From an uncultured Candidatus Saccharibacteria bacterium (GTDB lineage: Bacteria > Patescibacteriota > Dojkabacteria > CAZCSM01), in NCBI GenBank assembly GCA_964501355.1, contig CAZCSM010000007.1:1096-65095 (forward strand): DNA of 64,000 bases. Direction: 5' to 3'. The notes beneath the pieces are model-generated. The model had not been told where the DNA came from. It saw only the letters and a program-made list of their open reading frames with translations, and searched no databases. Positions within the stretch are counted from its first letter, which is position 1, and each line of letters starts with the position of its first letter. The translations under genes and the position numbers were made by a program. Positions 1 to 10,876 of the stretch are shown piece by piece.

Positions 1-1836
1 ATCATCAAGCGCAATGAAGAATCGGGATTCGCCAGGATCACCCTGACGACCGGAACGACCTCGAAGCTGATTATCAATTCTTCGAGACTCATGTCTTTCT
101 GTACCAATAACGTACAGTCCGCCAAGTTCAGTTACACCTTCACCAAGCGCAATGTCAGTTCCTCGACCTGCCATGTTTGTAGCAATTGTCACAGAACCTT
201 TTTGTCCTGCATCTGCAACAATCGAAGCTTCTTTCTCGTGTTGTTTTGCGTTTAGTACTTTATGTTTAACTCCCATTTTCTCAAGTTGCAAAGAAAGCAT
301 TTCAGAAATTTCAACAGATCTTGTACCAACAAGAACAGGTTGTCCTTTTTGGTTTCGTTCCTTAATTTCATCAGCAACGGCTTTGAATTTCGCAGCGGAT
401 GTTTTGTAAATCACATCATTTTGATCCTTTCGAATAATCGGTTTATTCGTTGGCATGACGACAACATCAAGATTGTAAATTCTGGAAAACTCCTCTGCTT
501 CTGTGACAGCAGTTCCTGTCATTCCGGCAAGCACATCGTAAAGTCGGAAGAAGTTCTGGAATGAAACGGTTGCGAGGGTTAATGATTCCTGTTTGATTTC
601 AACTCCTTCTTTTGCTTCGATTGCCTGATGAAGACCTTCTGAGAATCTTCGGCCTTTCATCAAACGACCTGTGAATTCATCAACAATAACAACTTCGCCA
701 TCTCGAACTAAATATTCGTCACCTTCCTTGTACAAAGTTTCAGCTTTGAGTGCATTATCAACATGATGCGCCATTCGATAATCTTCCCAAAGATTTTCAA
801 CACCAAGTGTTTTCTCAACTCTATGCATTCCAGCTTCCGTTAATGTCGCGGAATGAGCTTTTTCATCAATTTCATAATCAGTCGTTGGATCAAGTTTCTT
901 AACGATTTGTGCAAACTTCAAATATAGATCATTTGATTTTTCAGCAGGTGCAGAAATAATAAGAGGCGTTCTTGCTTCATCGATTAACACAGAGTCAACC
1001 TCATCGACGATGCAGAAGAATAAATCTCCTTGAACAATTCGATCTAAACTACGTGTCATATTGTCCCGAAGATAGTCAAATCCGAATTCATTATTTGTTC
1101 CGTATGTGATATCGCAGTCGTATGCTTCTTTCTTCGAACACTCTACCAGATTCGTTCCATGCAAACTTGAAAGCAACATTCTTCCGTTTTCCTTTGCCGT
1201 CTTTTTTCTTGCTTCAATTTCTTCTTTAACCTCATCACCCTTTAATTTTATAGCTTCATCGTCAGTAACGAACTTATATGCAACTTCATGCTGAACAACG
1301 CCGACGGTCATATCAAGTGCAGCGAAAACATGTCCGGCAAACTCCGCACCAACCTTTGCAAGATAATCATTTACCGTAACAATGTGGGATCCTTTGTTTA
1401 ATAATGCATAAAGATAAAGTGCAGGATGACATGAAATTGTTTTTCCCTCACCTGTTCTCTGCTCTGCAATTTTTCCCTCAGCAAGGACAATACCTGCCAT
1501 TAACTGAACATCAAAATGTCTATGCTGAATATGTCTTTTGGAGGCTTCTCGAACAACGGCAAATGCCTCCGGCATTATTTCGAAAAGCTTTGCCTGAACT
1601 TTTCGCATTCCCGCCCTGTACGTATCATCTTTCTGTGTTGGGAAGGTTTGGAAAATTTCGTCAATTTGTGATAAATCTAATCGCTTTTTAAATTCTTCTG
1701 TTTTTGCTTTTAGCTCTTCATCAGATAGTTTGGAAACTTCCGGTTCAAATTCATTCGCTTTATCAACGATTTTCTGAAGACGCTGAATTTGTTTCTCGTT
1801 TGAATCAAAAAGATTTTTGAAAATATTGAAAGCCAT
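1..1836 (-). CDS. secA: Preprotein translocase SecA, N-terminal ~612 aa. ATG at 1836..1834; the ORF runs off the window start.
   Basis: The minus-strand translation begins [53 protein letters not shown] and continues through DEAD-like motor-domain motifs ([39 protein letters not shown]). The ORF track missed it because it is open to the window edge. Confidence 0.9.
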   Translation of the reverse strand, partial: MAFNIFKNLFDSNEKQIQRLQKIVDKANEFEPEVSKLSDEELKAKTEEFKKRLDLSQIDEIFQTFPTQKDDTYRAGMRKVQAKLFEIMPEAFAVVREASKRHIQHRHFDVQLMAGIVLAEGKIAEQRTGEGKTISCHPALYLYALLNKGSHIVTVNDYLAKVGAEFAGHVFAALDMTVGVVQHEVAYKFVTDDEAIKLKGDEVKEEIEARKKTAKENGRMLLSSLHGTNLVECSKKEAYDCDITYGTNNEFGFDYLRDNMTRSLDRIVQGDLFFCIVDEVDSVLIDEARTPLIISAPAEKSNDLYLKFAQIVKKLDPTTDYEIDEKAHSATLTEAGMHRVEKTLGVENLWEDYRMAHHVDNALKAETLYKEGDEYLVRDGEVVIVDEFTGRLMKGRRFSEGLHQAIEAKEGVEIKQESLTLATVSFQNFFRLYDVLAGMTGTAVTEAEEFSRIYNLDVVVMPTNKPIIRKDQNDVIYKTSAAKFKAVADEIKERNQKGQPVLVGTRSVEISEMLSLQLEKMGVKHKVLNAKQHEKEASIVADAGQKGSVTIATNMAGRGTDIALGEGVTELGGLYVIGTERHESRRIDNQLRGRSGRQGDPGESRFFIALDD

Positions 1837-1864
1837 TGTTAGTAATTGTAAAAATATAAAGTTC

Positions 1865-1974
1865 TGTCATCTCGACTAAGTTTCGAAGAAACGCATGGAG
1901 AGATCTTTTTATTAAAAGACTTCTCGATTCTCCCAACTTCGCCAAGGCTACGATGGGCTCACTCGAAATGACAT
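1865..1974. repeat. REP/MITE-like element with GTCATCTCGA...TCGAAATGAC inverted termini.
   Basis: Inverted repeat gtcatctcgac / ctcgaaatgac bounds about 110 bp of intergenic DNA. It has the same terminal motif as the other hairpin repeats in the window. Confidence 0.35.
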
Positions 1975-2080
1975 AGCACAGATTCAAATTTGATTATACC
2001 TCAAAAGAGGGAAATGATGTAGAGAGAACTCAGCGATTTTATCACTACATTTAATAGAATTGGAGATCTCCAAATTAGTT

Positions 2081-3433
2081 TTACACGCTTCCCATCATTC
2101 CCCTCGCCGCCATTATCCCCGTACAAGCAGCACCTATTATATTTCCTGACAAACCGGCAGCATCGCCTGCAACAAATAATCCTTTAACGGAAGTCTCTAG
2201 ATTTTTATCTGTTAAAACTTTTGATCCACGATACTTAACCTCTGGAGCGTAAAGGAAATTTGCTCCATTATTAATACCAGGTGCAATACTTGCAAGTTTA
2301 TCCAAGCCTTCAATAATATTAGTAACAACACGATGCGGCAGCGCCATAGAAATGTCACCCGGTGTAACATCCTTAAGAGTCGGTTCAAGAAAACTTTTTT
2401 CAATTCGATTCCAAGTACTCCTTCTTCCCATCCGAAGATCTGCCAAACGCTGAATTATCGGTTTTCCACCGCCAATTGTATTTGCAAGACCCGCGATTGC
2501 CTGAGCATACTCAGTCGTATTGTCTTGAGGCTCTGTTAATTCTATCTCTGTAACGAAAGCAAAATTTGAGTTTGCAGATTGATGATCGGAATTAGAATGA
2601 CCGTTTACACATACATATCCCTGATAGTCCTCCATTGCAACCTTGCCATTTGGACAAGGACAAAATGTTCTGACAACATCATCAAATGTTTTTGTTCGAA
2701 CCTCGTAAATAGATTCATACATATTCTCTTCAAAATCTTTCATAATACTCGAAGGAAATTCATATCTCACGCCAACTTCGACTTTATCGAAGAAAACATT
2801 AATGCCATTCTTCTTGCAAACTCGTTGTAACCACAAAGCCCCTACTCTTCCGGTTGCAACCAAAACTTTAGAAGCCTTCAGTGTCTTACCGTTTACAAGT
2901 TCAACACCTTTCGCCGTTCCCTTTTCCACAATCACATCTTTTACTTCCGCATTACCAATTATTTCAACACCTTTTTCTTCAAGATAATTTTGGAAACTAA
3001 GCATAACATCGAATAATTTATCCGTACCGACATGTCGCATTCTTCGAACGAAGATTCGAATGTCATTTCTCTCACAGAGCTGAACAATCTCGTCTGCAAC
3101 ACTCATATCCTTTGGATAATATTCTGAATCAACGCCGAATTGAGTGTAAATCTCATCAACCTCATCAATTATCTTTTTATACTTGGATTCGGAAATTACA
3201 CTTAATGCTTTTTGATGACTCAAGATTGGAGTGTAGTGCAGTTTGCCATCAGAAAAAGTTCCCGCACCACCGAAACCACACATTACTTCATTTTTCTTCC
3301 TCTTCTCAATTCGGTTCCCTCTATCAAGAAGGGCAATCTTTAGATTTGGAGACTTGTTAATTAACTCATATGCGGCGAACATTCCAGCAGGTCCAGCACC
3401 CACGATTAGCACATCGTAACTTTTCGATTTCAT
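2081..3433 (-). CDS. FAD-dependent oxidoreductase/dehydrogenase (COG2509-like).
   Basis: N-terminal dinucleotide-binding motif DVLIVGAGPAGMFAA and C-terminal GLFVAGDAAGLSGNIIGAACTGIMAA, typical of NAD(FAD)-utilizing dehydrogenases. Confidence 0.7.
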   Translation of the reverse strand: MKSKSYDVLIVGAGPAGMFAAYELINKSPNLKIALLDRGNRIEKRKKNEVMCGFGGAGTFSDGKLHYTPILSHQKALSVISESKYKKIIDEVDEIYTQFGVDSEYYPKDMSVADEIVQLCERNDIRIFVRRMRHVGTDKLFDVMLSFQNYLEEKGVEIIGNAEVKDVIVEKGTAKGVELVNGKTLKASKVLVATGRVGALWLQRVCKKNGINVFFDKVEVGVRYEFPSSIMKDFEENMYESIYEVRTKTFDDVVRTFCPCPNGKVAMEDYQGYVCVNGHSNSDHQSANSNFAFVTEIELTEPQDNTTEYAQAIAGLANTIGGGKPIIQRLADLRMGRRSTWNRIEKSFLEPTLKDVTPGDISMALPHRVVTNIIEGLDKLASIAPGINNGANFLYAPEVKYRGSKVLTDKNLETSVKGLFVAGDAAGLSGNIIGAACTGIMAARGMMGSV

Positions 3434-3643
3434 TTGGGGAAATAGATTATATTAACAATAGATTATATAACGAAATCTATCGTTTGTGAAATGAAATATG
3501 ATGGATGCCTCAGGGAAAACATATGAAAGTTGTGTTATTGCGGATTCTTGTATTAAGCTTATCGAAGTATATTGCGCGATTTCAGTATTTTTAACTGAGA
3601 AAAGAGATACCGGAATAAATCTGGCATGACACGGAGAGAACGT

Positions 3644-4231
3644 TTACTTCCCTGTCAACTGAAACTCTCCAAGCTCCCTGTAAACATAGCCATCCTTTGC
3701 GGGGTCTGAATGAACAAGTTTGATTGAAGTAACAGGCATTACTTTTCCAAAACCTTCCCACGTTGCTCTTTCAATTGCATCGTTGACTTCACCAATTTTC
3801 TTTCGATGAATATTTCCGTGAAGACGACCAATCGTTATGTGTGGAATATAATCTTTTTTCGGGGCGTACAAATCTTTGAATCTTCCGCCGCCCAATGCAT
3901 GCTCTACATCGAGAACAAGCTGAGTTAGCTCCGGACTTGGTGCCAACATTATGTTCAAAACTTTTGGGAATTTATCATGTGGGAAACCAAGTTGAATTTT
4001 ACTTAAGCTAAGTTCAAAGGGTTTATGTTCTTTCAAAACATTCGGAATAATGTTTTTTAATTCTTCAATAGTTCTCTCACCGACTTCCGGGCCTAAATAC
4101 TTCAAAGTTAAATGAACATCCGGTGCCGGGACAAACCGCAGGTTTTGCTTTTGTTTTCTCAGCTGAAGTTTGAATGACTTATAATCATAAAGGATGTCTT
4201 TTGTTGGGAATATCCCCAAAAATGCTTGCAT
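3644..4231 (-). CDS. thpR: RNA 2',3'-cyclic phosphodiesterase / 2'-5' RNA ligase family (LigT/ThpR).
   Basis: Two H-x-T/S-x motifs (HLTLKYLG and HITIGRL) in a 195-aa protein, the 2H phosphoesterase signature. Confidence 0.75.
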   Translation of the reverse strand: MQAFLGIFPTKDILYDYKSFKLQLRKQKQNLRFVPAPDVHLTLKYLGPEVGERTIEELKNIIPNVLKEHKPFELSLSKIQLGFPHDKFPKVLNIMLAPSPELTQLVLDVEHALGGGRFKDLYAPKKDYIPHITIGRLHGNIHRKKIGEVNDAIERATWEGFGKVMPVTSIKLVHSDPAKDGYVYRELGEFQLTGK

Positions 4232-4244
4232 ATTAATAATATTA

Positions 4245-5411
4245 TTATTTATCTCGTTTAAGTGATTCTATAATTATATTCGCGGATTGTACAGCACCGG
4301 ATTTTCCGACCGCAATCTGGGACGACTTAACCTCCGAACTGAATTTAGATATTGCCCGAAGCAAACTTCTTTTTGTATAAAGTATTTTACCCCTTTCTTT
4401 TGTTAACAACATATTAGAGATCGTAAACTGTCCTAACATTTGAGGCCAAGCGAAGACATATTTGCCATTTGTTATCGCTTGCATCAACGATCCTTGTCCA
4501 CCGTGATTCACTACGAAGGAAACATGATTGCTTATGGTACCCCCAGGTAAAAAATCCCTAACGAAATAGTTTTCATTATCATCTTTCACTTTGAATCTTC
4601 CCCCGGTGCTTCCCAAAACGAAATAACCACATTTAACTAGATATAAAAGAATTTCCTCAAAATCATTTTTACCAAAGCCGGTTCCACCTGTGGTTAGATA
4701 AACCAAGGGACGTCCTTTCGCGATCTTATTAATTTGCTCTATATCTATTGGCAAATCCTCATACTGAGATACAGGAATCCACCCGACGAAAATAGCATGT
4801 GGATTAACCCTTGCTATTAATTTATTTTGTGGCTCAGGAACAATTTTTGTACAGCTGAAAACGTACCACCAGAAACCTAAGATCTTCCACGGCTTTACTA
4901 TCAATGCAGGAAAGGTGTTTAAAAGAGATGCGAAAAACAGATGCAGGAGAAAGAAAAGGATCCTTACCGGAATGGTCATAATATCTGTTAATCCATGAAA
5001 GAATAGGTCTCCGATTGGAAATAGTAGATTATATGAATTTGATATCAAGAAAGAAGGAATTCCAAGCTCGTATGCAGCAAACAGACTGGAGAATGAAAAG
5101 TCCGCAACAACGGCATCAATATTATGGCTTTTCAAAAAAATCCGCTCTTCCTTCAGACGACGATTTGTATTTTGAATGAAGGTTAATCCGCGCCGAATAC
5201 CGGATCTGGAGTCATTTTCTTGTGGGACCAAACCTGAAATTTCTCTATGTGTAATGTTGTATTTGGATAAATTCTCGCCAAGAGCACCAAGCTTCGCACT
5301 AGTTATACAAAAAACAACATCTACATCTCTTTGAGATAGGGCCTTTGCAATTTCAAAAGAACGCGTAATGTGAGCTATACCATAATCATTCGGGATAACT
5401 GCAATTTTCAT
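4245..5411 (-). CDS. GT-B glycosyltransferase (UDP-glycosyltransferase / MGT family).
   Basis: The C-terminal donor-binding region HGGQGSLMQAITNGKYVFAWPQMLGQFTISNML resembles the GT1/GT28 signature. It overlaps dgkA by 4 bp, which suggests an operon. Confidence 0.6.
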   Translation of the reverse strand: MKIAVIPNDYGIAHITRSFEIAKALSQRDVDVVFCITSAKLGALGENLSKYNITHREISGLVPQENDSRSGIRRGLTFIQNTNRRLKEERIFLKSHNIDAVVADFSFSSLFAAYELGIPSFLISNSYNLLFPIGDLFFHGLTDIMTIPVRILFFLLHLFFASLLNTFPALIVKPWKILGFWWYVFSCTKIVPEPQNKLIARVNPHAIFVGWIPVSQYEDLPIDIEQINKIAKGRPLVYLTTGGTGFGKNDFEEILLYLVKCGYFVLGSTGGRFKVKDDNENYFVRDFLPGGTISNHVSFVVNHGGQGSLMQAITNGKYVFAWPQMLGQFTISNMLLTKERGKILYTKRSLLRAISKFSSEVKSSQIAVGKSGAVQSANIIIESLKRDK

Positions 5412-5806
5412 TTTGTATTCGCAATTATCTCAGTAATGTATGGGAACCAAATCAGAAAACCGACGGTTGCCGTAGTTAGCGCGCCAATTAAAACTGCACC
5501 TGCCATAGCATCTTTCGCATACTCGATATCTTTGCGGTATTCTGTTGTAACAATATCGCACAAAAGTTCAACCACTCCATTTACGCTCTCTAGAGCAAGA
5601 ATTAATCCTATGCAGAAGACAACTATTGCCATTTCCACATTTGTTATTTCAAGCAGGAAACTTATGACTAGTGAAAATATTGCGGCAAGCACCTCAATCT
5701 TGAAATTGCCCTCGTGATCAAAAATCTTAACTAACCCACGCCAAGCATATTTTTGGGACTTCAGATGATTCTTGATAAGATTTTTATTTTCTACTTTTTC
5801 CTTCAT
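5408..5806 (-). CDS. dgkA: Diacylglycerol/undecaprenol kinase family (DgkA).
   Basis: About 130-aa membrane protein with AWRGL...EAIFSLV...ESVNGVVELLCD...AKDAMAGAVL, matching the prokaryotic DAGK family. Confidence 0.7.
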   Translation of the reverse strand: MKEKVENKNLIKNHLKSQKYAWRGLVKIFDHEGNFKIEVLAAIFSLVISFLLEITNVEMAIVVFCIGLILALESVNGVVELLCDIVTTEYRKDIEYAKDAMAGAVLIGALTTATVGFLIWFPYITEIIANTK

Positions 5807-5851
5807 AATAAGTTAAACTTAATCTTCATATTTTACATAAGGTTATAGGGA

Positions 5852-6220
5852 TTAGGTTTTAGCGTCTAGCTTCTTAATCATGGAATTCAACATTTTTGAA
5901 ATTTCAATAACTGTATCCATAATCTTATCAACTTTTAAGCTATCCATGTAATTTAAATTACATGCAATTCTTAATTGTGTTTCTAATTCAAAAGTTGAAC
6001 CCCTCGCAATATGTAAAAATTGGCAATAATCTTTCCTTGAAGATCGTCCGTAACCTTCTGCGATATTTGAAGGGATAGAAATCGCGGCTCTTCTTATTTG
6101 AGAAGTAAGACCGTACAATTCATCTTTAGGAAACTGTTTCGTGTTTTCATAAACCAATACAACAAGAGACATTGATTTGTTCCAAACGATAAGTTCCTTA
6201 TAAGATTTAATTCTAGACAT
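5852..6220 (-). CDS. Four-helix-bundle protein (23S rRNA intervening-sequence protein family, TIGR02436).
   Basis: 122 aa with ELIVWNKS...QIRRAAISIPSNIAEGYGR...FLHIARGSTFELETQL, characteristic of this family. Flanked by inverted repeats at 5841-5860 and 6231-6262. Confidence 0.75.
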   Translation of the reverse strand: MSRIKSYKELIVWNKSMSLVVLVYENTKQFPKDELYGLTSQIRRAAISIPSNIAEGYGRSSRKDYCQFLHIARGSTFELETQLRIACNLNYMDSLKVDKIMDTVIEISKMLNSMIKKLDAKT

Positions 6221-6259
6221 ATTGATGAAAACTAATCCCTATCCCCTATAACCTAAACC

Positions 6260-6844
6260 CTATTCAGTGGGCTCTAATATTCCATATCCACCGGTTGCTC
6301 TTTTATACACGACTGAATACTCGCCATTTTCAACATTCCGAAACATCCAAAAACGACCATCCGTTAATTCCATTCTCTCAATCGCTTCTTCCGGAGTCAT
6401 TGGCTGAGTATCAACAACTGTTCTTTTTGTAATTTCAGGGAATGAAATCTGGTATTCCTCTTGATACACATCCGTTCCTTCTTCTGAATCTTCAGCTATC
6501 ATATCAGCCTCAATTTCACTAAGACTTTTCTCACCTTTCCAATAATCAAACTTATCCTCATATCGCTTTATTTTTCGGGCTAACTGATCAGAAACTTTAT
6601 CAATCAAAGCATAAACATCGCCGCCTTTTTCGGCAACACGAATTAATGTATTTGGGATCTTGACATTTATTTCCACAACGAAATCCTGAGCAACACCGCG
6701 ATGTGGCATCAGCTCTGTTACTTCAACAAGAATGTGAGTGGCCTTTTCTAAAATATCTGCGTACTTTCCAATTTTATTTGCAGCATAATCTTTGATTGGC
6801 GTTGTTAACTCCATATTTCGAACGGTGATTTGTGGATTGACCAT
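6260..6844 (-). CDS. hpf: Ribosome hibernation-promoting factor, long form.
   Basis: MVNPQITVRNMELTTPIKDYAANKIGKYADILEKATHILVEV... plus the C-terminal dimerization domain (GEYSVVYKRATGGYGILEP). Confidence 0.85.
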   Translation of the reverse strand: MVNPQITVRNMELTTPIKDYAANKIGKYADILEKATHILVEVTELMPHRGVAQDFVVEINVKIPNTLIRVAEKGGDVYALIDKVSDQLARKIKRYEDKFDYWKGEKSLSEIEADMIAEDSEEGTDVYQEEYQISFPEITKRTVVDTQPMTPEEAIERMELTDGRFWMFRNVENGEYSVVYKRATGGYGILEPTE

Positions 6845-6907
6845 CTACTTTTTTTACTAAAATAATAAATACTTTATTTAATCTAGTTTACTATCATTCT
6901 ACACATT

Positions 6908-7570
6908 TTACACGAGATTTTTAAATTGCTTATGAAAATAATTTTCTAACAATTCTGTAAATAACTGTTGACCTAATCTGTAATCCCCGTCAATCTTATC
7001 CTGGAAATGTGATTGATACATTTCCTTCTTATCTTTAATTGATAACGACAAAGGGTTCGTATTGTCAACATGAGCTGTGACGTAATAAATATTATTCGCC
7101 TTATCTTCAAAGATTCTGATGTGCAAACGTCTTTTTCCAAATCCCGGAAGAAATAGTTGAAACTTTGGGAGAGGTAATGATATAAAGAACCAATTGATAA
7201 ATGCCCAGATCGGAGCATACAGGGATGGAATATCTAAATCTTTAACGGCCGCCATATCTGCATATTTTGAAGCTCCCCAAACCATATCCACAATAAAACC
7301 CATCTTAATCAGAAGCTTCTTGAGAAGCATTGATCCGCCGACATATTCTAATTTCACAATCTCCTCTGCACGATTTTTAAATTCGTATTTCAATAATTTT
7401 TCTAATGTTGAGGAAGATGGATTTATAGATTCTTTATCTATAACACTCCATACGAATCCGGGAAGAGGAATAAACATTAAATAAATGGCAGATAGAACCT
7501 TACGATAAAAGTATTTGAACTTTAAAGCCAATTCCACCCAAAGAGATCTCCCCGAAGAATCTTTTATCAT
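6908..7570 (-). CDS. Hypothetical protein.
   Basis: Long ORF with no recognizable motifs. It is first in a co-directional run of genes and its upstream region carries AAACATCGAC repeats. Confidence 0.45.
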   Translation of the reverse strand: MIKDSSGRSLWVELALKFKYFYRKVLSAIYLMFIPLPGFVWSVIDKESINPSSSTLEKLLKYEFKNRAEEIVKLEYVGGSMLLKKLLIKMGFIVDMVWGASKYADMAAVKDLDIPSLYAPIWAFINWFFISLPLPKFQLFLPGFGKRRLHIRIFEDKANNIYYVTAHVDNTNPLSLSIKDKKEMYQSHFQDKIDGDYRLGQQLFTELLENYFHKQFKNLV

Positions 7571-7754
7571 AGACGCATAAACCCTAAATCCGAATTCCTA
7601 AATTCTAAAAAACTTAAAACTCATTTTTGCCAAGTTCCGAAACCTAAACGCCATCCTTCTGTAACCTGCAAATTGCCAACTCGTGACCTTTGACATTATA
7701 GACGTTTGACGTTTAAACAATGTTTCGTCGATGTTTTCTCTACGTTTTATCAAT

Positions 7755-8936
7755 TTATAAAAACAACATCAACAAACTAATCGCAATAATACTAACTCCA
7801 ATCGACAACTTCATTAATGATCTGTTCTTGTGTTCCCACTCCTTGAGTTTAATCAGATCTACACCTTTTGCAATAAGAATTAATATTACAATTAGAGGAA
7901 GAACAAAAAGCAAGTTATACATACCAATTGAGGCGAAAACCTGCCAACCGAGATTTGTTTGTTGACCAAGTACCTGTAACGTCCCAACATAAATTGGGAG
8001 TGAGCATGGAGTTTCAAAAATAGTTACTAGAACACCAAGAAGAATAGTTGCAGGAATTGAACCTTTTTCAACTAGTTTATTCAACATTGGCTGAACTCTT
8101 TTCGGAATTCCAAGAGTGAATCCTTCGTCACCAGGAAACAAGAAATCTTTTATGTTAATAATCCCGGCAAGAATTAGGACCTCCGCCATTACGACTTTTA
8201 TAATATCCGAAATTTTTGAATAAACCGGATTCGCAAGAAAGGAATTTACGGAACTGTATAAAATTAATCCGACGATGAAATATGTTGTGAAAACAGTTGC
8301 AACGTATGTCATTCCGATTGGAAGAACTTTGTGTTTTTGATCTGCAAAAATTACTAAGTAACCCAATAGAAATAACATCATACCAATTGCGCATGGATTA
8401 ATACCATCGGCCAAACCGGCTGCAAATGTAACGCCAAGATTTACGCACTCATCAAGGAAATCACCTTCTTCCATCTCAGCATGGAAAGGACACGAACCGA
8501 ATTCAAGTTCATAATCGGATTGCTCCCAAGCGGAAATTCCACCTTCCAAAACGTAAAGATTGGCAAATCCGTATTCGCGAAGTTTCTTCGCTGCAGTATC
8601 ACTCATACCACAACTGACCGCGCTACAGAAAAGTACATAATCTTTTTTCTTATCTAATCGGGTATAGTCATTATCGATTTGTTCTAGTGTTATCCCAATT
8701 GCAGAAGGGATATGGCCATTTACATACTCCGCTTCCGAACGAACGTCAATTATAACTAAATTGGAATCATTTGCATCAACTCGAGTTTTCAGTTCATCTG
8801 CTCGAATAGTTTGAATATTTATGTTCTTTCTCCACTCTGCCTGAATCTTTGTTCGATATGAAACATAAAAGATAGGAGTACCAAGAGTAATTATCCCGAG
8901 AAGAATTAGTAAGATAAGTTTAATATTTTTATTCAT
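7755..8936 (-). CDS. Rhodanese-domain protein fused to a CcdA/DsbD-like membrane domain.
   Basis: N-terminal TM segment; rhodanese active-site region CSAVSCGMSDTAAKKLREYGFANLYVLEGGISAWE; then multi-TM region with CxxC-like CAIGMMLFLLGY, typical of cytochrome c biogenesis/DsbD transmembrane proteins. Confidence 0.65.
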   Translation of the reverse strand: MNKNIKLILLILLGIITLGTPIFYVSYRTKIQAEWRKNINIQTIRADELKTRVDANDSNLVIIDVRSEAEYVNGHIPSAIGITLEQIDNDYTRLDKKKDYVLFCSAVSCGMSDTAAKKLREYGFANLYVLEGGISAWEQSDYELEFGSCPFHAEMEEGDFLDECVNLGVTFAAGLADGINPCAIGMMLFLLGYLVIFADQKHKVLPIGMTYVATVFTTYFIVGLILYSSVNSFLANPVYSKISDIIKVVMAEVLILAGIINIKDFLFPGDEGFTLGIPKRVQPMLNKLVEKGSIPATILLGVLVTIFETPCSLPIYVGTLQVLGQQTNLGWQVFASIGMYNLLFVLPLIVILILIAKGVDLIKLKEWEHKNRSLMKLSIGVSIIAISLLMLFL

Positions 8937-8960
8937 ATGTAAAAACTAAATAAATTGATG

Positions 8961-9004
8961 TGTCATCCCGGACCGGACGAAGTCCGGAATGATCCGGGAT
9001 CTCG
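8961..9004. repeat. REP-like hairpin unit (GTCATCCCGGACCGGACGAAGTCCGGAATGATCCGGGATCTCG).
   Basis: Nested inverted repeats: outer stem catcccgga / tccgggatc, inner stem ccggacgaagtccgg. Member of a dispersed family. Confidence 0.6.
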
Positions 9005-9153
9005 TAAAATATATGAAATATATTTTACGGTCACTCACGCTGTTTCATTCTACCAATTTCAAGGGAACATTTCAGCAAGATTGTAGCTCCTTTTAGAATA
9101 TAAAAAACGAAGAGATCTATTAAATGGATATGATTTCAAATCTAAAACATTCC

Positions 9154-10161
9154 TTATAGCTCCCGATTTAATAAATCCTCATAATAAGCCGAGTGTTCTA
9201 CTAAAACGGGAACTGTAATTCCGAATCTACCGAAATCCTTACGTTGCCCACCATAAGCAATTGGAGCTTGTAAAGCCATAGGTAGTCCAACAGAACGGCA
9301 GATTGTATCACAACACGTATCAATATTAGCCGTAAATATAAAAGGCGGATAATTATCTCCAGAAAGACCTGTACCCCAACATCGCCTATCGTTAAGTAAA
9401 GTTTCAACAGACGATCTCTTAAAAAAAGGAAAAATATTACCAGCTAAAATGATGTCATCTGGATTAAAAGCACGACCCAATATTGCAAAATAATGAGATC
9501 CTACATTCCCATCAGAATAAACATAAAATGGTAACATCGCCAATATATCAGGTCGATCAACAATGTTTAGAATCGCATCTTTAATTAACTGAGCTTTACT
9601 TTCTCTCTCTCCATCTTCAAAACGTAATGACTTTGTTTTAAGTACTCTTCTTTTCGCCAGATAATTATCTATCACCCCCAGAGGTGTTGGCTCATTATTT
9701 CGTACAGCAAGCCAGAATTTTTTTATTAAACCGTCACCATGCCAATCCATCCCAAGACTAGCAATCTTCTTATATTTTTCTGGTGCTAATAAAAGAGTAG
9801 CAAGAAGCTTGTGCCCTATAGCACAATCGCCCCAAGTTCCTAAGCTTTCATACGATTTGATCTGAATTTGTAAGTTTCGTCGTAGATATTCATACAAAGC
9901 TGCTGGATGTATTAATTTAGCTGTCGCAATTAAATCCTCTAAATGAGCATTTTGGGAACTTAGGGCATAGTTTACTAAAGGAATTGCAGTTGTCATACAC
10001 TCCTCATCTCTTAGTGCAACAAGAATTTCACTTCTAGGAGGAAGTGAGAAGGAGTCAGAGTCAGTTTCTGGGCTCAAACTATAAGTTTTTAATAATACCT
10101 GAGTTTGACTTCCCGGTCCTTCTTGAACCAGACATGTCTCCAATCCAATTTTTCCCGTCAT
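9154..10161 (-). CDS. Hypothetical protein.
   Basis: 335-aa ORF with no recognizable catalytic motifs. Confidence 0.45.
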   Translation of the reverse strand: MTGKIGLETCLVQEGPGSQTQVLLKTYSLSPETDSDSFSLPPRSEILVALRDEECMTTAIPLVNYALSSQNAHLEDLIATAKLIHPAALYEYLRRNLQIQIKSYESLGTWGDCAIGHKLLATLLLAPEKYKKIASLGMDWHGDGLIKKFWLAVRNNEPTPLGVIDNYLAKRRVLKTKSLRFEDGERESKAQLIKDAILNIVDRPDILAMLPFYVYSDGNVGSHYFAILGRAFNPDDIILAGNIFPFFKRSSVETLLNDRRCWGTGLSGDNYPPFIFTANIDTCCDTICRSVGLPMALQAPIAYGGQRKDFGRFGITVPVLVEHSAYYEDLLNREL

Positions 10162-10352
10162 TTATTGACATTTCGGTAAAACAAAATAATATCGTGAGTA
10201 AAATTGTTCAGATTTTAATATGTTAAAAGATTTTATGCAACAAATACCTTTTCCCGCAGATTCAAGTACTTACTTTCCGCAGGAGCAGGTACTTGTGGTG
10301 AGCTATGTTGAACCATCAACCTGCTCCTTATTATTTTCTATTTCTGTGCCAG

Positions 10353-10417
10353 TCACCCGCCTACGGGTGACGAGGGGAAATATCAAAACACAAAGTCATC
10401 CGAAAGACGGATGACTT
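10353..10417 (-). terminator. Two stem-loops (gtcacccgcctacgggtgac and agtcatccgaaagacggatgact) downstream of the 10506 minus-strand gene.
   Basis: Perfect inverted repeats in the intergenic region. On the minus strand the second hairpin is followed by a U-rich tract (ttgtgttttgatattt). Confidence 0.4.
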
Positions 10418-10505
10418 CTACAAACATATTAACGCCTAAAAGTTCAACGATTTTTGCATTTTAATTTGTGACTTTTGAGATTTGATTTTTTATTTTTGGA
10501 TTTAT

Positions 10506-10787
10506 TTATGCTCCAGCCTGCAGTAAAACCCTAAAGACATCAGCTCCGGCAGCAACCTTATCATCCATCTTGACTTTAACCTTTGTTCCCATTTCCGCCC
10601 GAGTTACCGGTTCCTCATCAATTTCCATCTCTTCAACAACTTGCGACAAATTTCCATCCGCCCATCTCACGAATATTGAATCTCCAACTGATAACGACCC
10701 ATTTGTTAAATCTATCAAAGCCATTCCTATCATGTCAATATAGTCTTCAACCTTCCCAATCATTACTTCTTCCTGTAAATCTCCCAT
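10506..10787 (-). CDS. Small hypothetical protein. Start probably at the internal Met (MGDLQEEV...). The listed N-terminus overlaps a palindromic terminator.
   Basis: The first 33 codons of the ORF cover the 28-bp palindrome at 10877-10904 and are low-complexity. The C-terminal portion looks like a small beta-barrel domain. Confidence 0.4.
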   Translation of the reverse strand: MGDLQEEVMIGKVEDYIDMIGMALIDLTNGSLSVGDSIFVRWADGNLSQVVEEMEIDEEPVTRAEMGTKVKVKMDDKVAAGADVFRVLLQAGA

Positions 10788-10876
10788 AAAATAGATAACT
10801 GCTAAATTATAACAGTAAAAGTTTATCGCGAAGGAGTTATTAGAGAATAAATAGAAAGTTAAAGGAATATAAGACA

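Noticed and set aside
152-1691. Plus-strand ORFs from the six-frame track (152..409, 262..564, 1106..1294, 1404..1691).
   Set aside because: They lie antisense within the clearly coding secA gene on the minus strand. They are low-complexity and lack motifs.
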